A DNA stretch of 64,000 bases from an uncultured Hyphomicrobiales bacterium. Its GTDB lineage: Bacteria > Bacteroidota > Ignavibacteria > Kapaibacteriales > UBA2268. Below the pieces are notes generated by a model that was not told where the DNA came from, searched no databases, and worked only from the letters and a program-made list of their open reading frames with translations. The stretch lies in NCBI GenBank assembly GCA_964645005.1, contig CAZXYS010000006.1:4741-68740 (forward strand). The letters run 5' to 3'. A program made the translations under genes and the position numbers. The stretch's first letter is position 1. Every line of letters starts with the position of its first letter. Shown piece by piece: positions 9,835 to 18,962 of this stretch.

Positions 9835-12800
9835 TTATCTGCTAACAACAAAGCTCCTTGTCAGTACATTATCACCGGCGCTAAGCCTGAAGTAATACAC
9901 GCCGGGAGCTAAATCTTCAGTGTTGACATCTATTCCCAGGTTTCCTTTTCCTGCCAATCCATGCTTCACCATTTTCATGAATTTACCTTCGGCATTGTAT
10001 ATCTCCAAAGAGAATTTGGAAGGTTCAGGCAGATAAATATTTAATTTAGTTGAATTTGCCGCAGGATTGGGACTGTTCTGTTCCATGACCACACCGCCGG
10101 ACATTGTCCTGTCGGGAACTGATGATGGATCAATACCAACTCCGGATAAGTTCATTTCATAATTTTTGCCAGCCACGTCAGTCTTAACAATCAATTTGGC
10201 TTTTCTTATACCTTCTTTTTCAGGAGTGAACTGTAAGCGTACAATCCCCTTTTGATTTGGCTCCACATAATCCGGTTTGCCAAGGAAGAATCCAAATTCG
10301 TTTTCTTCGGTATCTTCCAAAGGTTGAATAGTCAGTTCAGTGAAATGTACATCAATTTCTCCGGTATTCTCAAATTCCACATTTTGCAGATCTTTACTTC
10401 CAATATTCGTGGTGTCGAATTCAACGTTCTCATCTGATAACAACTCGATGTTCTGGTCTGCATCATTAGGAACATATTTAAAATTAAAATTGCTTACCCA
10501 TGAATCAAATTCCCAGACCTTAACTTCAAACCCTGGATTAACAACAACTGCTCCGGACTGAGCTCCGACAGACTGTTCACTTAGCACAGGTGTCCAGCTT
10601 TCGCCCATGTCGTCAGTCCAATAAATTTCACCCCCTGAGCATAGAACGTAAAACTTATCACTTCGGGGCAATGAGAAGAAATGAACCGGCTGAAGGGCGA
10701 AATCAGAGAAATTAAATACGTTCTTTTTCCATGTTTTTCCGCCATTTGTTGTTGATGCTGCCAACTGTTCTCCCTCGTGATCCGATTCAGTATAGATGGC
10801 TATGCCGTTATTTTTATCATAAAAGCCTAATTTTAAAATAAAGCCATTATTATAAACTGTTGACTCATCCCATGAGGCACCTTTATTGCCGGATTTATAG
10901 ACTCTTCCTTTCGACGTTCCGAACCATACATCCGTACCTAAGCGGAAGTGGCTGCCGACAAATCCATTTTCGTCATTCAGCGGGGGAGGAATATTATCGA
11001 CACGTGACCAGTTTTTGCCGCCGTCAGTTGAGCGAGCAACACCCCAATCAGCACCAATAGGATCACCCAAAAACAATCCTTCCCTATCATCAAAAAATAT
11101 TATCTCGTTAATAAAATTAGTAATTCCCTGAATATTATTTACCTGCCAATTGTTCCCGCCATTAGTGGTCTTAAGTACTCTTGCATCGCCGCCGCTTGTC
11201 TTTGATGATACTGCAAAAGCTGTGTTTTTATCAATCGGTGCTATCGAGAAAAATGGATCTCCGTTTAGTGTATTGGTTGAAGAATTTGTACTGGGATTAT
11301 AGCGATAGTATACTGGTAATGTATAATATCCGTAGGCTAAAGCATATCCTGCAGCCCAAACGGAATTATCATCGGTCAATTTCGCTGAGGTCCATCTCAG
11401 GTTCATGTTGTTGGGATATTTGGTGACTGTTGACAAGCGATTGTTGCTGGTCATTAAAATGGGCAAATTTAATATCTCATAATCAACATAGTCGCTGCTT
11501 TCGTACGTTAGAGTAAGTTTAATTTGTCCTCTAAACCATGGATTCATCTCGTTTAGCTGCATCCTGAGTGTAAATTCCTTCGATTTATCTTTAGCCAGGA
11601 AACCAAGATTGAATTCAGTTTTATTGAATTCGACAAAATTATTAACGCTGGATAATTTTACTTTCAGATTCGAAGCATTTGCCAGATAGTTTGTTACTTC
11701 GATATTAACACTTGTTTTTTCGTAATCATTAATAGCATCAGAGCCGACGAATTCTACATTGGTAATAGCTATACCCGGTACATTTTTACCAGGATTATTG
11801 CCGTTATAGTCAAGTGCTTCAAAAGCGTTTATCCTGCCATAAAACAGAGGTTTATAAGCGGGATTGCTGGTCAGTACATCGTCAGATGTACTTCTGATCT
11901 GTTTCATAAGATGAATAGGGCTCCAATTAGGCTTAAAAGATTTCAACAGCGCCATAACCCCCGCTACTACAGGTGATGCCATTGATGTTCCGCTTTGATT
12001 ACCATAGCGGTTATTCATCAAAGTGGAATAAATGTTGTGCCCCGGAGCGTAGATATTAACCGAATTACCAATATTGGAAAAACCTGCCACACCATCATTG
12101 TTTGCGGTAGCTCCAACAGTGAAAACATTGTCATAAGCTGCCGGATACTGAGGATTTGTATCAATATTCTGAAAATTATCATTACCGGCTGCAACCACAA
12201 CTACGGCACCCATATCCATAGCTTGATTTATTACATCCTGCTCGGCAGGGCTGGAACCAGGTCCACCCCAGGAACAGTTAATAACGTCAGCGCCTAATTC
12301 CGCTGCATAGATGATTCCCTGATATCCATGTGTGATAGCCGGTCGTCCGCCCTCATCCCCGGATACTTTGACGGGAACAAATGAACAATTGAATCCCGGA
12401 GAAAGCACCCCGGTACTGTTATCCGTCACAGCAGCGGCACAGCCCGCAACATGAGTTCCATGATTGTTATTTGCGTCATTTGGTTTTACAATCGAGTCAT
12501 TTCTGGCAAGGTCCCATCCATGAACGTCATCCACATAACCGTTTTCATCATCATCTTTGCCATTATTGGGAATTTCGTTTGGATTTGTCCAGAGATTTTC
12601 TTTTAAGTCTTCGTGATCTGTGTCAGTACCTGAATCGACGATCCCTATCAAAATATCTTTGCTGCCTTTGGATATATCCCAGGCTTTTTTCAGTTCGATC
12701 TTGTTTGTCATCCATTGCCTGTTTTGGGATGGATCGTTAGGTGTATATTCAAATGGATATCTCATGAAAACCGGAACGGCATATACAATCTCAGGATTTT

Positions 12801-13287
12801 TCATAAGCTCTTTGCAGGCGTCATAAGCATCCACCGGTGAAGAATATTCCACCTTATATATTCTGCTTATACCGTGCTTGTCCGCCGATTTCAGATCGCC
12901 TTCTCCATATTTTGCGAATGGCTGGCGAATTTCCTTTATGTTAAGATCCTCGATCGAACTCTGCAATATCATCGAGCGAAAGCCTTTATCTTCCTTTGAT
13001 ATTTTATAGTATCCCTTAGTTTTTATATGGATAGTGTTTTCCTGATAATATTCCTTGTCAACTATAGGGATATTGTAGATTTTTGCAGGCTTGTATGTGT
13101 TTGGTCCTGTTTTTACTCCTGGTATTACTATCTTATAGGCAATCTTTTGCCCGTCGCCGGGAATATATTTCGGGGAATCGTTCTTTTTTCCCTGATAACT
13201 TAATGGTGAGAGTGAGAAGAGAGGGATTGTAAGAATAAATCCCATTAATACTGTCAAAGATATAAATATTCGTCTAAAGTCTTTCAT
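9835..13287 (-). CDS. Subtilisin-family (S8) serine peptidase with C-terminal BNR-like propeller and T9SS sorting domain
   Basis: Catalytic triad motifs GIVDSGTD (Asp), HGTHVAG (His), GTSMASPVVAG (Ser). Later Asp-box-like repeats (TTNGGNNWQ, STDGGKNWS, TTNGGKTWK, TDDMGESWT). C-terminus NSPNPAANSTKLNIYL...GVYYFRL matches a T9SS CTD. Confidence 0.85.
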   Translation of the reverse strand: MKDFRRIFISLTVLMGFILTIPLFSLSPLSYQGKKNDSPKYIPGDGQKIAYKIVIPGVKTGPNTYKPAKIYNIPIVDKEYYQENTIHIKTKGYYKISKEDKGFRSMILQSSIEDLNIKEIRQPFAKYGEGDLKSADKHGISRIYKVEYSSPVDAYDACKELMKNPEIVYAVPVFMRYPFEYTPNDPSQNRQWMTNKIELKKAWDISKGSKDILIGIVDSGTDTDHEDLKENLWTNPNEIPNNGKDDDENGYVDDVHGWDLARNDSIVKPNDANNNHGTHVAGCAAAVTDNSTGVLSPGFNCSFVPVKVSGDEGGRPAITHGYQGIIYAAELGADVINCSWGGPGSSPAEQDVINQAMDMGAVVVVAAGNDNFQNIDTNPQYPAAYDNVFTVGATANNDGVAGFSNIGNSVNIYAPGHNIYSTLMNNRYGNQSGTSMASPVVAGVMALLKSFKPNWSPIHLMKQIRSTSDDVLTSNPAYKPLFYGRINAFEALDYNGNNPGKNVPGIAITNVEFVGSDAINDYEKTSVNIEVTNYLANASNLKVKLSSVNNFVEFNKTEFNLGFLAKDKSKEFTLRMQLNEMNPWFRGQIKLTLTYESSDYVDYEILNLPILMTSNNRLSTVTKYPNNMNLRWTSAKLTDDNSVWAAGYALAYGYYTLPVYYRYNPSTNSSTNTLNGDPFFSIAPIDKNTAFAVSSKTSGGDARVLKTTNGGNNWQVNNIQGITNFINEIIFFDDREGLFLGDPIGADWGVARSTDGGKNWSRVDNIPPPLNDENGFVGSHFRLGTDVWFGTSKGRVYKSGNKGASWDESTVYNNGFILKLGFYDKNNGIAIYTESDHEGEQLAASTTNGGKTWKKNVFNFSDFALQPVHFFSLPRSDKFYVLCSGGEIYWTDDMGESWTPVLSEQSVGAQSGAVVVNPGFEVKVWEFDSWVSNFNFKYVPNDADQNIELLSDENVEFDTTNIGSKDLQNVEFENTGEIDVHFTELTIQPLEDTEENEFGFFLGKPDYVEPNQKGIVRLQFTPEKEGIRKAKLIVKTDVAGKNYEMNLSGVGIDPSSVPDRTMSGGVVMEQNSPNPAANSTKLNIYLPEPSKFSLEIYNAEGKFMKMVKHGLAGKGNLGIDVNTEDLAPGVYYFRLSAGDNVLTRSFVVSR

Positions 13288-13603
13288 GCTGTTAAACCCA
13301 TATTTTTTTTAAAAATATTTTTTTCAATATAATTTTGAACTTATCGACGTTATTGCCATAAATCCTATTTTATTATTATAAATAGGTTGTATTAAGTAAA
13401 ATGGCTCAGTTTTTTTCTAACTACTTTATTTAAATAAAAAAACTAATGTTATAATATTTAAAATTATGGTTTTGAGCCATGTATTATTAATGTAAAATTA
13501 TAAAATAACTTTTTTCAATGATTAAAACAATAGTAAGAAATACTAAATACAATTTTTGATGAAAACATTACTATAATCCATTTCAACATCAACAGAAATG
13601 ATT

Positions 13604-13611
13604 ATATTTGT
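13604..13611 (+). promoter_or_regulatory. Possible Bacteroidetes-type -7 element (TAnnTTTG) upstream of ugd
   Basis: tatatttg sits 61 nt upstream of the ugd ATG in a 380-bp AT-rich divergent intergenic region. No clear -33 TTG partner found. Confidence 0.2.
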
Positions 13612-13671
13612 ATCTGTTTAAAAGCGTAAGCATTAAAGAGCTTTTTTTCTTTACTTTACAGCGGGTTAATT

Positions 13672-15021
13672 ATGGCTTATAACATTGCAGTGATTGGAAC
13701 AGGATACGTAGGGCTTGTAACGGGAACTTGCTTTGCAGCAACGGGTAACAATGTATATTGTGTTGACATTGACGAAGAGAAAATTAAACTGCTTCGCGAA
13801 GGCAAAAGCCCTATTTACGAAATCGGCCTGGAGAGAATGATCGAAAGAAATTTGCGTGAAAAAAGACTGCATTTTACGCTCGATTTGAAACAGGCTGTGC
13901 TTAATTCAAAGCTCATATTTCTTTGTTTGCCTACGCCTCCGACAGAGGACGGCTCTGCTGATTTGCAGCATGTGCTGAAAGTCGCCGAAGATATAGCTGA
14001 AATAGCCAAAGAAAATCATGACCCAAACGGTAAAATAGTTGTAAATAAAAGTACTGTTCCAGTTGGAACATCTGAAAAGGTCAGGAATATATTCAAAGAG
14101 AAAGCGCCCAAAGCCAAGCTTGAGGCAGTCAGCAATCCGGAATTCCTTCGCGAGGGCTTTGCTGTGGAGGATGCTATGAAACCGGAACGAATCATTGTCG
14201 GAGCAGATAATGAACAAGTTGTTGAGATCATGCGCGAGCTCTATCAGCCTTTCGTTCGCAGCGGCAATCCGATCTATATAATGGATGAAAAGAGTGCAGA
14301 GATAACCAAGTATGCTGCGAATTCATTCCTCGCTGCGAAGATCTCTTTCATGAACGACCTTTCGGCTTATTGTGAAAATGTCGGAGCGGACATCGAGAAG
14401 ATACGTCTCGGTATTGGCTCGGACAGCCGGATTGGCAAGAGGTTTCTTTTTGCCGGCATAGGTTACGGCGGTTCGTGCTTTCCGAAGGATGTCCGTGCAC
14501 TGATACATTCCACTCAAGAAGCAGGCACTCCCGTTGAAATTGTTGAAGCGGCACACAGGGTGAATTCAAATCAGCTTACCCGCTTCCTTGGAAGAATAAA
14601 TAATAGATTCAACGGCGATCTTAAAGACCGCCGGATCGCTATCTGGGGACTTTCTTTCAAACCCAATACCGATGATACGCGTGAAGCACCTGCTTTCAGA
14701 ATAATCGACTGGCTGCTGGACAAGAACGCCGACGTAAAGGTTTACGACCAGGAAGCCATGGATAATACCCGCAAGCATTTTGGCAGTAAGATAATTTATG
14801 CTGAGGATATGTATGATTGTCTCGATGCGGCTGAAGCACTAATAATTGCTACGGAATGGAATGTCTTCCGCAATCCTTATTTTAACAAAATGAAAGAGCT
14901 TTTGAAGAATCCACTGATCTTTGATGGAAGAAATCTCTTCGATCCGATAGAAATGGCTGAAGAAGGCTTCGAGTACTACTGTATCGGAAGGAAAACTATT
15001 AAACCGGGAAACAAGAAATAA
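13672..15021 (+). CDS. ugd: UDP-glucose 6-dehydrogenase
   Basis: N-terminal NAD Rossmann IAVIGTGYVGLVTG. Catalytic-Cys region GIGYGGSCFPKDV. Length 449 aa. Family-typical C-terminal UDP-binding domain. Confidence 0.85.
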   Translation: MAYNIAVIGTGYVGLVTGTCFAATGNNVYCVDIDEEKIKLLREGKSPIYEIGLERMIERNLREKRLHFTLDLKQAVLNSKLIFLCLPTPPTEDGSADLQHVLKVAEDIAEIAKENHDPNGKIVVNKSTVPVGTSEKVRNIFKEKAPKAKLEAVSNPEFLREGFAVEDAMKPERIIVGADNEQVVEIMRELYQPFVRSGNPIYIMDEKSAEITKYAANSFLAAKISFMNDLSAYCENVGADIEKIRLGIGSDSRIGKRFLFAGIGYGGSCFPKDVRALIHSTQEAGTPVEIVEAAHRVNSNQLTRFLGRINNRFNGDLKDRRIAIWGLSFKPNTDDTREAPAFRIIDWLLDKNADVKVYDQEAMDNTRKHFGSKIIYAEDMYDCLDAAEALIIATEWNVFRNPYFNKMKELLKNPLIFDGRNLFDPIEMAEEGFEYYCIGRKTIKPGNKK

Positions 15022-15065
15022 CATAAGATTTTAGATTTAACCTATTTATTTCATTAGAAAAAATG

Positions 15066-15146
15066 AAAATACACTTAAGTGTCATTGCGAGCAAAGTTGA
15101 GCGAAGCGAAATCCTGCTTTAGCAGGGCAGGAATCTGATAAATACT
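15066..15146. repeat. Short palindromic intergenic repeat (family 2, 'gtcattgcgagcgaagcgaa' type)
   Basis: gtcattgcgagcaaagttgagcgaagcgaaatcctgctttagcagggcaggaatctgat. Related copies at 52985-53105 and 54812-54900. Contains a cctgc/gcagg hairpin. Probably doubles as the ugd terminator. Confidence 0.6.
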
Positions 15147-15373
15147 GGCTGCCTCGCAACGTTAAAAAAGATTTTATTCGGAATGTCGATCTTATGGATC
15201 ACCCTCAATGAAGCCGAAGGCTAAGGGGTGGTTCTGCTAAATTGATAAAATTAATCTGGTTATATAGTAGTTCTATTGTTTAAATTCAATTTTAGTATGC
15301 AAAAATTTAATAAAACACTCAAAAAAGCTATTTTTGTAGGTTTAAATATTGAACGATCAAATTCGGAAAGTAC

Positions 15374-16249
15374 ATGGAGCATATATATAATATTTTCAGG
15401 GGGATGGCAATAGGTATAGCCAATGTTATCCCCGGGGTTTCGGGCGGAACAATGGCTGTTATTCTCGGCATTTACGAAAGGCTGACCGAAGCTGTCGGGA
15501 ATTTCGTTATAGACAAAAAAAACAGGCTCAGGAATATCATTTTACTGGTGACTATAGGAATTGGCGCGGTTATAGGTGTGATACTCTTCGCCAGATTTTT
15601 CTCATTTCTGTTGACAACGGAACTGACTGAACAGGCGACATATCTGTTTTTCGTCGGCTTGATTATAGGCTCAATTCCTTTCATAATCAAGCTTCACAGC
15701 GATATGAAGATTAACGGCACAAGATTGTTTTTAGCTATTATAGCGATAGGATTGATCTTGCTGACAACTTTCTTCGAAGGTTCCGGCGACGTGACAAGTA
15801 ACCTCGAAGTGAAAGACACCTGGCTGGGCTTTATGAAAATAACGGACATTGATCTGCTCTATGGCTTTTGGCTGTCAGTTTGCGGCTTGCTGGGCGCGGG
15901 CTCAATGGTGCTGCCGGGCTTTTCCGGCTCTGCGCTGCTGATAAGTCTTGGCGAGTATAATAATGTTCTCTTTTTCGTAGATCAGAGAATGATTGTCCCT
16001 GTAGGTTTTTTAGTTCTGGGAGTTATACCCGGTATAATTATATTCGCTAAAGTTATAAGTATTTTTCTCAAAAAATTCCCTTCCGAGACCTATTATTTTA
16101 TTATCGGACTATTGATAGCGTCTAATTATCAGATCTACACTGAAATCAAAGATATACTGGATTATTCTTTTTTCGCAATAATTTTGAGTATATTTACCTT
16201 TGTGGCGGGATTCGCTCTTGCGTATTTTTCGAGTAAAATCAACAACTAA
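15374..16249 (+). CDS. DUF368 family membrane protein (PopT-like putative undecaprenyl-phosphate translocase)
   Basis: Internal two-fold repeat with hallmark motifs IPGVSGGTMAVILGIYERL and LPGFSGSALLISLGEY. Polytopic membrane protein. Confidence 0.75.
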   Translation: MEHIYNIFRGMAIGIANVIPGVSGGTMAVILGIYERLTEAVGNFVIDKKNRLRNIILLVTIGIGAVIGVILFARFFSFLLTTELTEQATYLFFVGLIIGSIPFIIKLHSDMKINGTRLFLAIIAIGLILLTTFFEGSGDVTSNLEVKDTWLGFMKITDIDLLYGFWLSVCGLLGAGSMVLPGFSGSALLISLGEYNNVLFFVDQRMIVPVGFLVLGVIPGIIIFAKVISIFLKKFPSETYYFIIGLLIASNYQIYTEIKDILDYSFFAIILSIFTFVAGFALAYFSSKINN

Positions 16250-16252
16250 AAA

Positions 16253-17422
16253 ATGGCTGGGAGCAAGAAAATACTGTACGTTTGGAAAAGCCCTTATCCG
16301 TGGGATGTTCGGATTGAGAAGATCTGCACTTCTCTGGCGGAAAACGGCTGTGAAGTGCATATCTTAGCTCTTCGTGAAGAACGGCAGCCGCAGACGGAGA
16401 AGATCGGCAATTTGAACATCATACGCACCAAGTTCATAAAAGGCAGCAAGAAAAGCATCCCTGTTTCAATGAATCCCTTCTGGAAAACTGAAATCTCAAA
16501 AGCTGCAAGAGAGATACAGGCGGACCTGATAATAGTCCGTGAAATTATGCTCGCAGAACTCTGCTCAAATATTGCTCGTCAGTTGGATATACCGGTGATT
16601 ATGGATATGGCGGAGCACTATCCGGCGGCGATGAAGGATTTTAATAAATACTATAAAAATCTGATCAATAGAGTCTCTGTTCATTATTTGAAACTGCCTG
16701 ATAAAATCGAGAAAAAAAGTACAATAAGAATGGATGGCATTTTATCCGTAAGCAAGGAAAACAGCCTTAGATTAATAAAAAATAACTATTATCCCCCAAA
16801 AAATATAATTGAAGTGCACAATACTCCCAAGCTCGATTGGTTTAGTGATATTCGAAAAGGCTGCCAGAAGTCTCCGGTCGTGTATGCTTATCACGGTCAT
16901 TTCAGTAATGTGAGAAATCTTGATATTTTAATTAAATCTTTTATAATTGCAGCTAAGACCGATAAAAATATTAGATTAGTAATGGCTGGAACAGGTGAGA
17001 ATTTTAAAGAGATTTCAGATATCAGGGAAAATTCCGATGTTAAAGACAGAATTACTCTCACGGGTTTTTATAATCACAAAGATACAAAGAAGTTATATTC
17101 TGAGATGGATATAGGGATTCTTCCATATAAAAATAATGAGTTTATAAATAATATAATCTCTAATAAATTATTTGATTACATGGCTTGCGGAAAACCGGTG
17201 ATTGTTTCAGAGGCTTATCCGATGATACGAATAATGGAAGAAACAAATGCCGGTATAATAACAGACTGCAATAATCCCGATACTTTAGCTCAAAAAATGT
17301 TAGAGATCAAAAATATGGATCTTGAAAGCATGTCCCATAACGGTATAAAAGCTGCAGAGACAAAATATAATTGGACAGTAGATGAGCAAAAAATGATCGA
17401 TTTCTTTAAGAGGTATATATAA
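16253..17422 (+). CDS. Glycosyltransferase family 4 (group 1)
   Basis: C-terminal GT-B donor-binding signature (FINNIISNKLFDYMACGKPVIVSE). 389 aa. Stop overlaps the next start by 1 nt. Confidence 0.7.
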   Translation: MAGSKKILYVWKSPYPWDVRIEKICTSLAENGCEVHILALREERQPQTEKIGNLNIIRTKFIKGSKKSIPVSMNPFWKTEISKAAREIQADLIIVREIMLAELCSNIARQLDIPVIMDMAEHYPAAMKDFNKYYKNLINRVSVHYLKLPDKIEKKSTIRMDGILSVSKENSLRLIKNNYYPPKNIIEVHNTPKLDWFSDIRKGCQKSPVVYAYHGHFSNVRNLDILIKSFIIAAKTDKNIRLVMAGTGENFKEISDIRENSDVKDRITLTGFYNHKDTKKLYSEMDIGILPYKNNEFINNIISNKLFDYMACGKPVIVSEAYPMIRIMEETNAGIITDCNNPDTLAQKMLEIKNMDLESMSHNGIKAAETKYNWTVDEQKMIDFFKRYI

Positions 17423-17910
17423 TGGCGCAATTTGTATCAAATACTGTTCAGGTGCATATTTACGCATTTGATCATGATGATCAGGTATTACATCTGCTGC
17501 TGCAACGTGCTGACGATAATCCGCTTTACCCGTTGTTATGGCAGGCATTGACCGGAACTATTGAAACGGGTGAGACTGCCCTGCAAACCTCAGTCAGAGA
17601 GATCAAAGAAGAGACCTCGCTGTCACCAATAAAAATGTGGACTGTACCTTACATTACTTCATTTTTCGATCCCTATTCTGACAGAGTGAATTTTTCACCT
17701 GTTTTCGGTGCTCTGGTTGAATATCACGAAAACATCATACTTTCAGGAGAACATAAGGACTTTATCTGGTTAAAATATGAAGAAGCTTTAAAAAAACCGG
17801 AGCTGCCAACTCATGTAGAAGGGACAAAAGTTTTTCAAAAATATATTATTGAATCAAAAGGACATAGTAAATTTGAGATTCCCGAAATATATTTCAAACA
17901 ATTGATCTAA
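17422..17910 (+). CDS. NUDIX hydrolase
   Basis: Nudix box GTIETGETALQTSVREIKEETSL (Gx5Ex7REUxEExGU pattern). Confidence 0.75.
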   Translation: MAQFVSNTVQVHIYAFDHDDQVLHLLLQRADDNPLYPLLWQALTGTIETGETALQTSVREIKEETSLSPIKMWTVPYITSFFDPYSDRVNFSPVFGALVEYHENIILSGEHKDFIWLKYEEALKKPELPTHVEGTKVFQKYIIESKGHSKFEIPEIYFKQLI

Positions 17911-17913
17911 ATT

Positions 17914-18777
17914 ATGGATGATTACAAAATAGCAGCGGTTTTAATAACTCACAACAGACTGAATTTCTTAAAAGAGCTTGTTAATGGATTGAAAAATCAG
18001 ACGCGAAAGCCAGACAAGATTTTCGTTATAGATAATGCCAGCACCGACGGTACCGAAGAATGGCTTGTAAATCAGGAAGGTTTGACTGTTATCAGACAGG
18101 ATAATTTGGGCAGTTCGGGAGGTCAATATACTGGGATTAAAAAAGCTTATGAGCAGAATTATGATTGGATCTGGGTGATGGATGATGATGTCGAACCTGA
18201 ACCGGATTGCCTTGAAAAACTGCTCAACGTTAATAACGATAAAGCTTTGGTAAGAGCACCTTTAAGATATACACCCGAGAATAAGCCTTTTTTGTATGAA
18301 GCCATAAGCTATAATCTGACAAATCCTTTTAAGAGTTTTTGGATAGAGATTGTCTCAGAAGAGCATCTCAATTTGGAAGAAATTCCAGCCGCCGGAATTA
18401 CCTTCGAAGGACCATTAATCCATAAAGAAGTTGTCAAAAAGGTTGGCTTGCCGGAAAAGAAATTTTTTATATTCGCTGATGATACGGAATTTTTTATCCG
18501 GGTGATGAAGCAAAATTATAACTCAATAATTGTTAAAAATGCTGTCTTAAGAAGAAAGTTAACTTTTGATGCTTACCCTAAGAATTTCACATGGAAGCAC
18601 TATTACACAATAAGAAATCTGACCGCTATAGATGTATTGCATGGCAGCGCTGCAGTGCGCTTATTGCGCCCTGTCGGTTATCTAATCAAGTGGTTGTTCA
18701 GATGCCGCAAACCGAAAGATATAGCTGTTGTCTTCAAGGCTTTTATAGATGGTTATTTCTATAAGTCTGATAATTGA
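17914..18777 (+). CDS. Glycosyltransferase family 2
   Basis: N-terminal AAVLITHNRLNFLKELVNGL ... IDNASTDGT (GT-A fold with DxD-like WVMDDDVEP). Confidence 0.75.
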   Translation: MDDYKIAAVLITHNRLNFLKELVNGLKNQTRKPDKIFVIDNASTDGTEEWLVNQEGLTVIRQDNLGSSGGQYTGIKKAYEQNYDWIWVMDDDVEPEPDCLEKLLNVNNDKALVRAPLRYTPENKPFLYEAISYNLTNPFKSFWIEIVSEEHLNLEEIPAAGITFEGPLIHKEVVKKVGLPEKKFFIFADDTEFFIRVMKQNYNSIIVKNAVLRRKLTFDAYPKNFTWKHYYTIRNLTAIDVLHGSAAVRLLRPVGYLIKWLFRCRKPKDIAVVFKAFIDGYFYKSDN

Positions 18778-18962
18778 TTATCACTTTTTTTATTCAAAAT
18801 CAAAAATTTTTGCGACAAAAACAAATTTGATGTGTTATTCAGATAAATTTTTATGTTAATTTGTTTTTCTGCATTTGAATATAAATGTTAAGAAAAATTT
18901 CAGAAATATTAACATAATCTTTATATTCGTAAAATTTTTTCAAAAATAAGAGGATTTATTTA

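Noticed and set aside
12471-12740. His-rich 89-aa ORF and other 60-120 aa ORFs antisense to the subtilase, dxs, tyrS, CotH and S9 genes
   Set aside because: All are fully nested antisense in strongly supported long genes. Composition-driven open frames.
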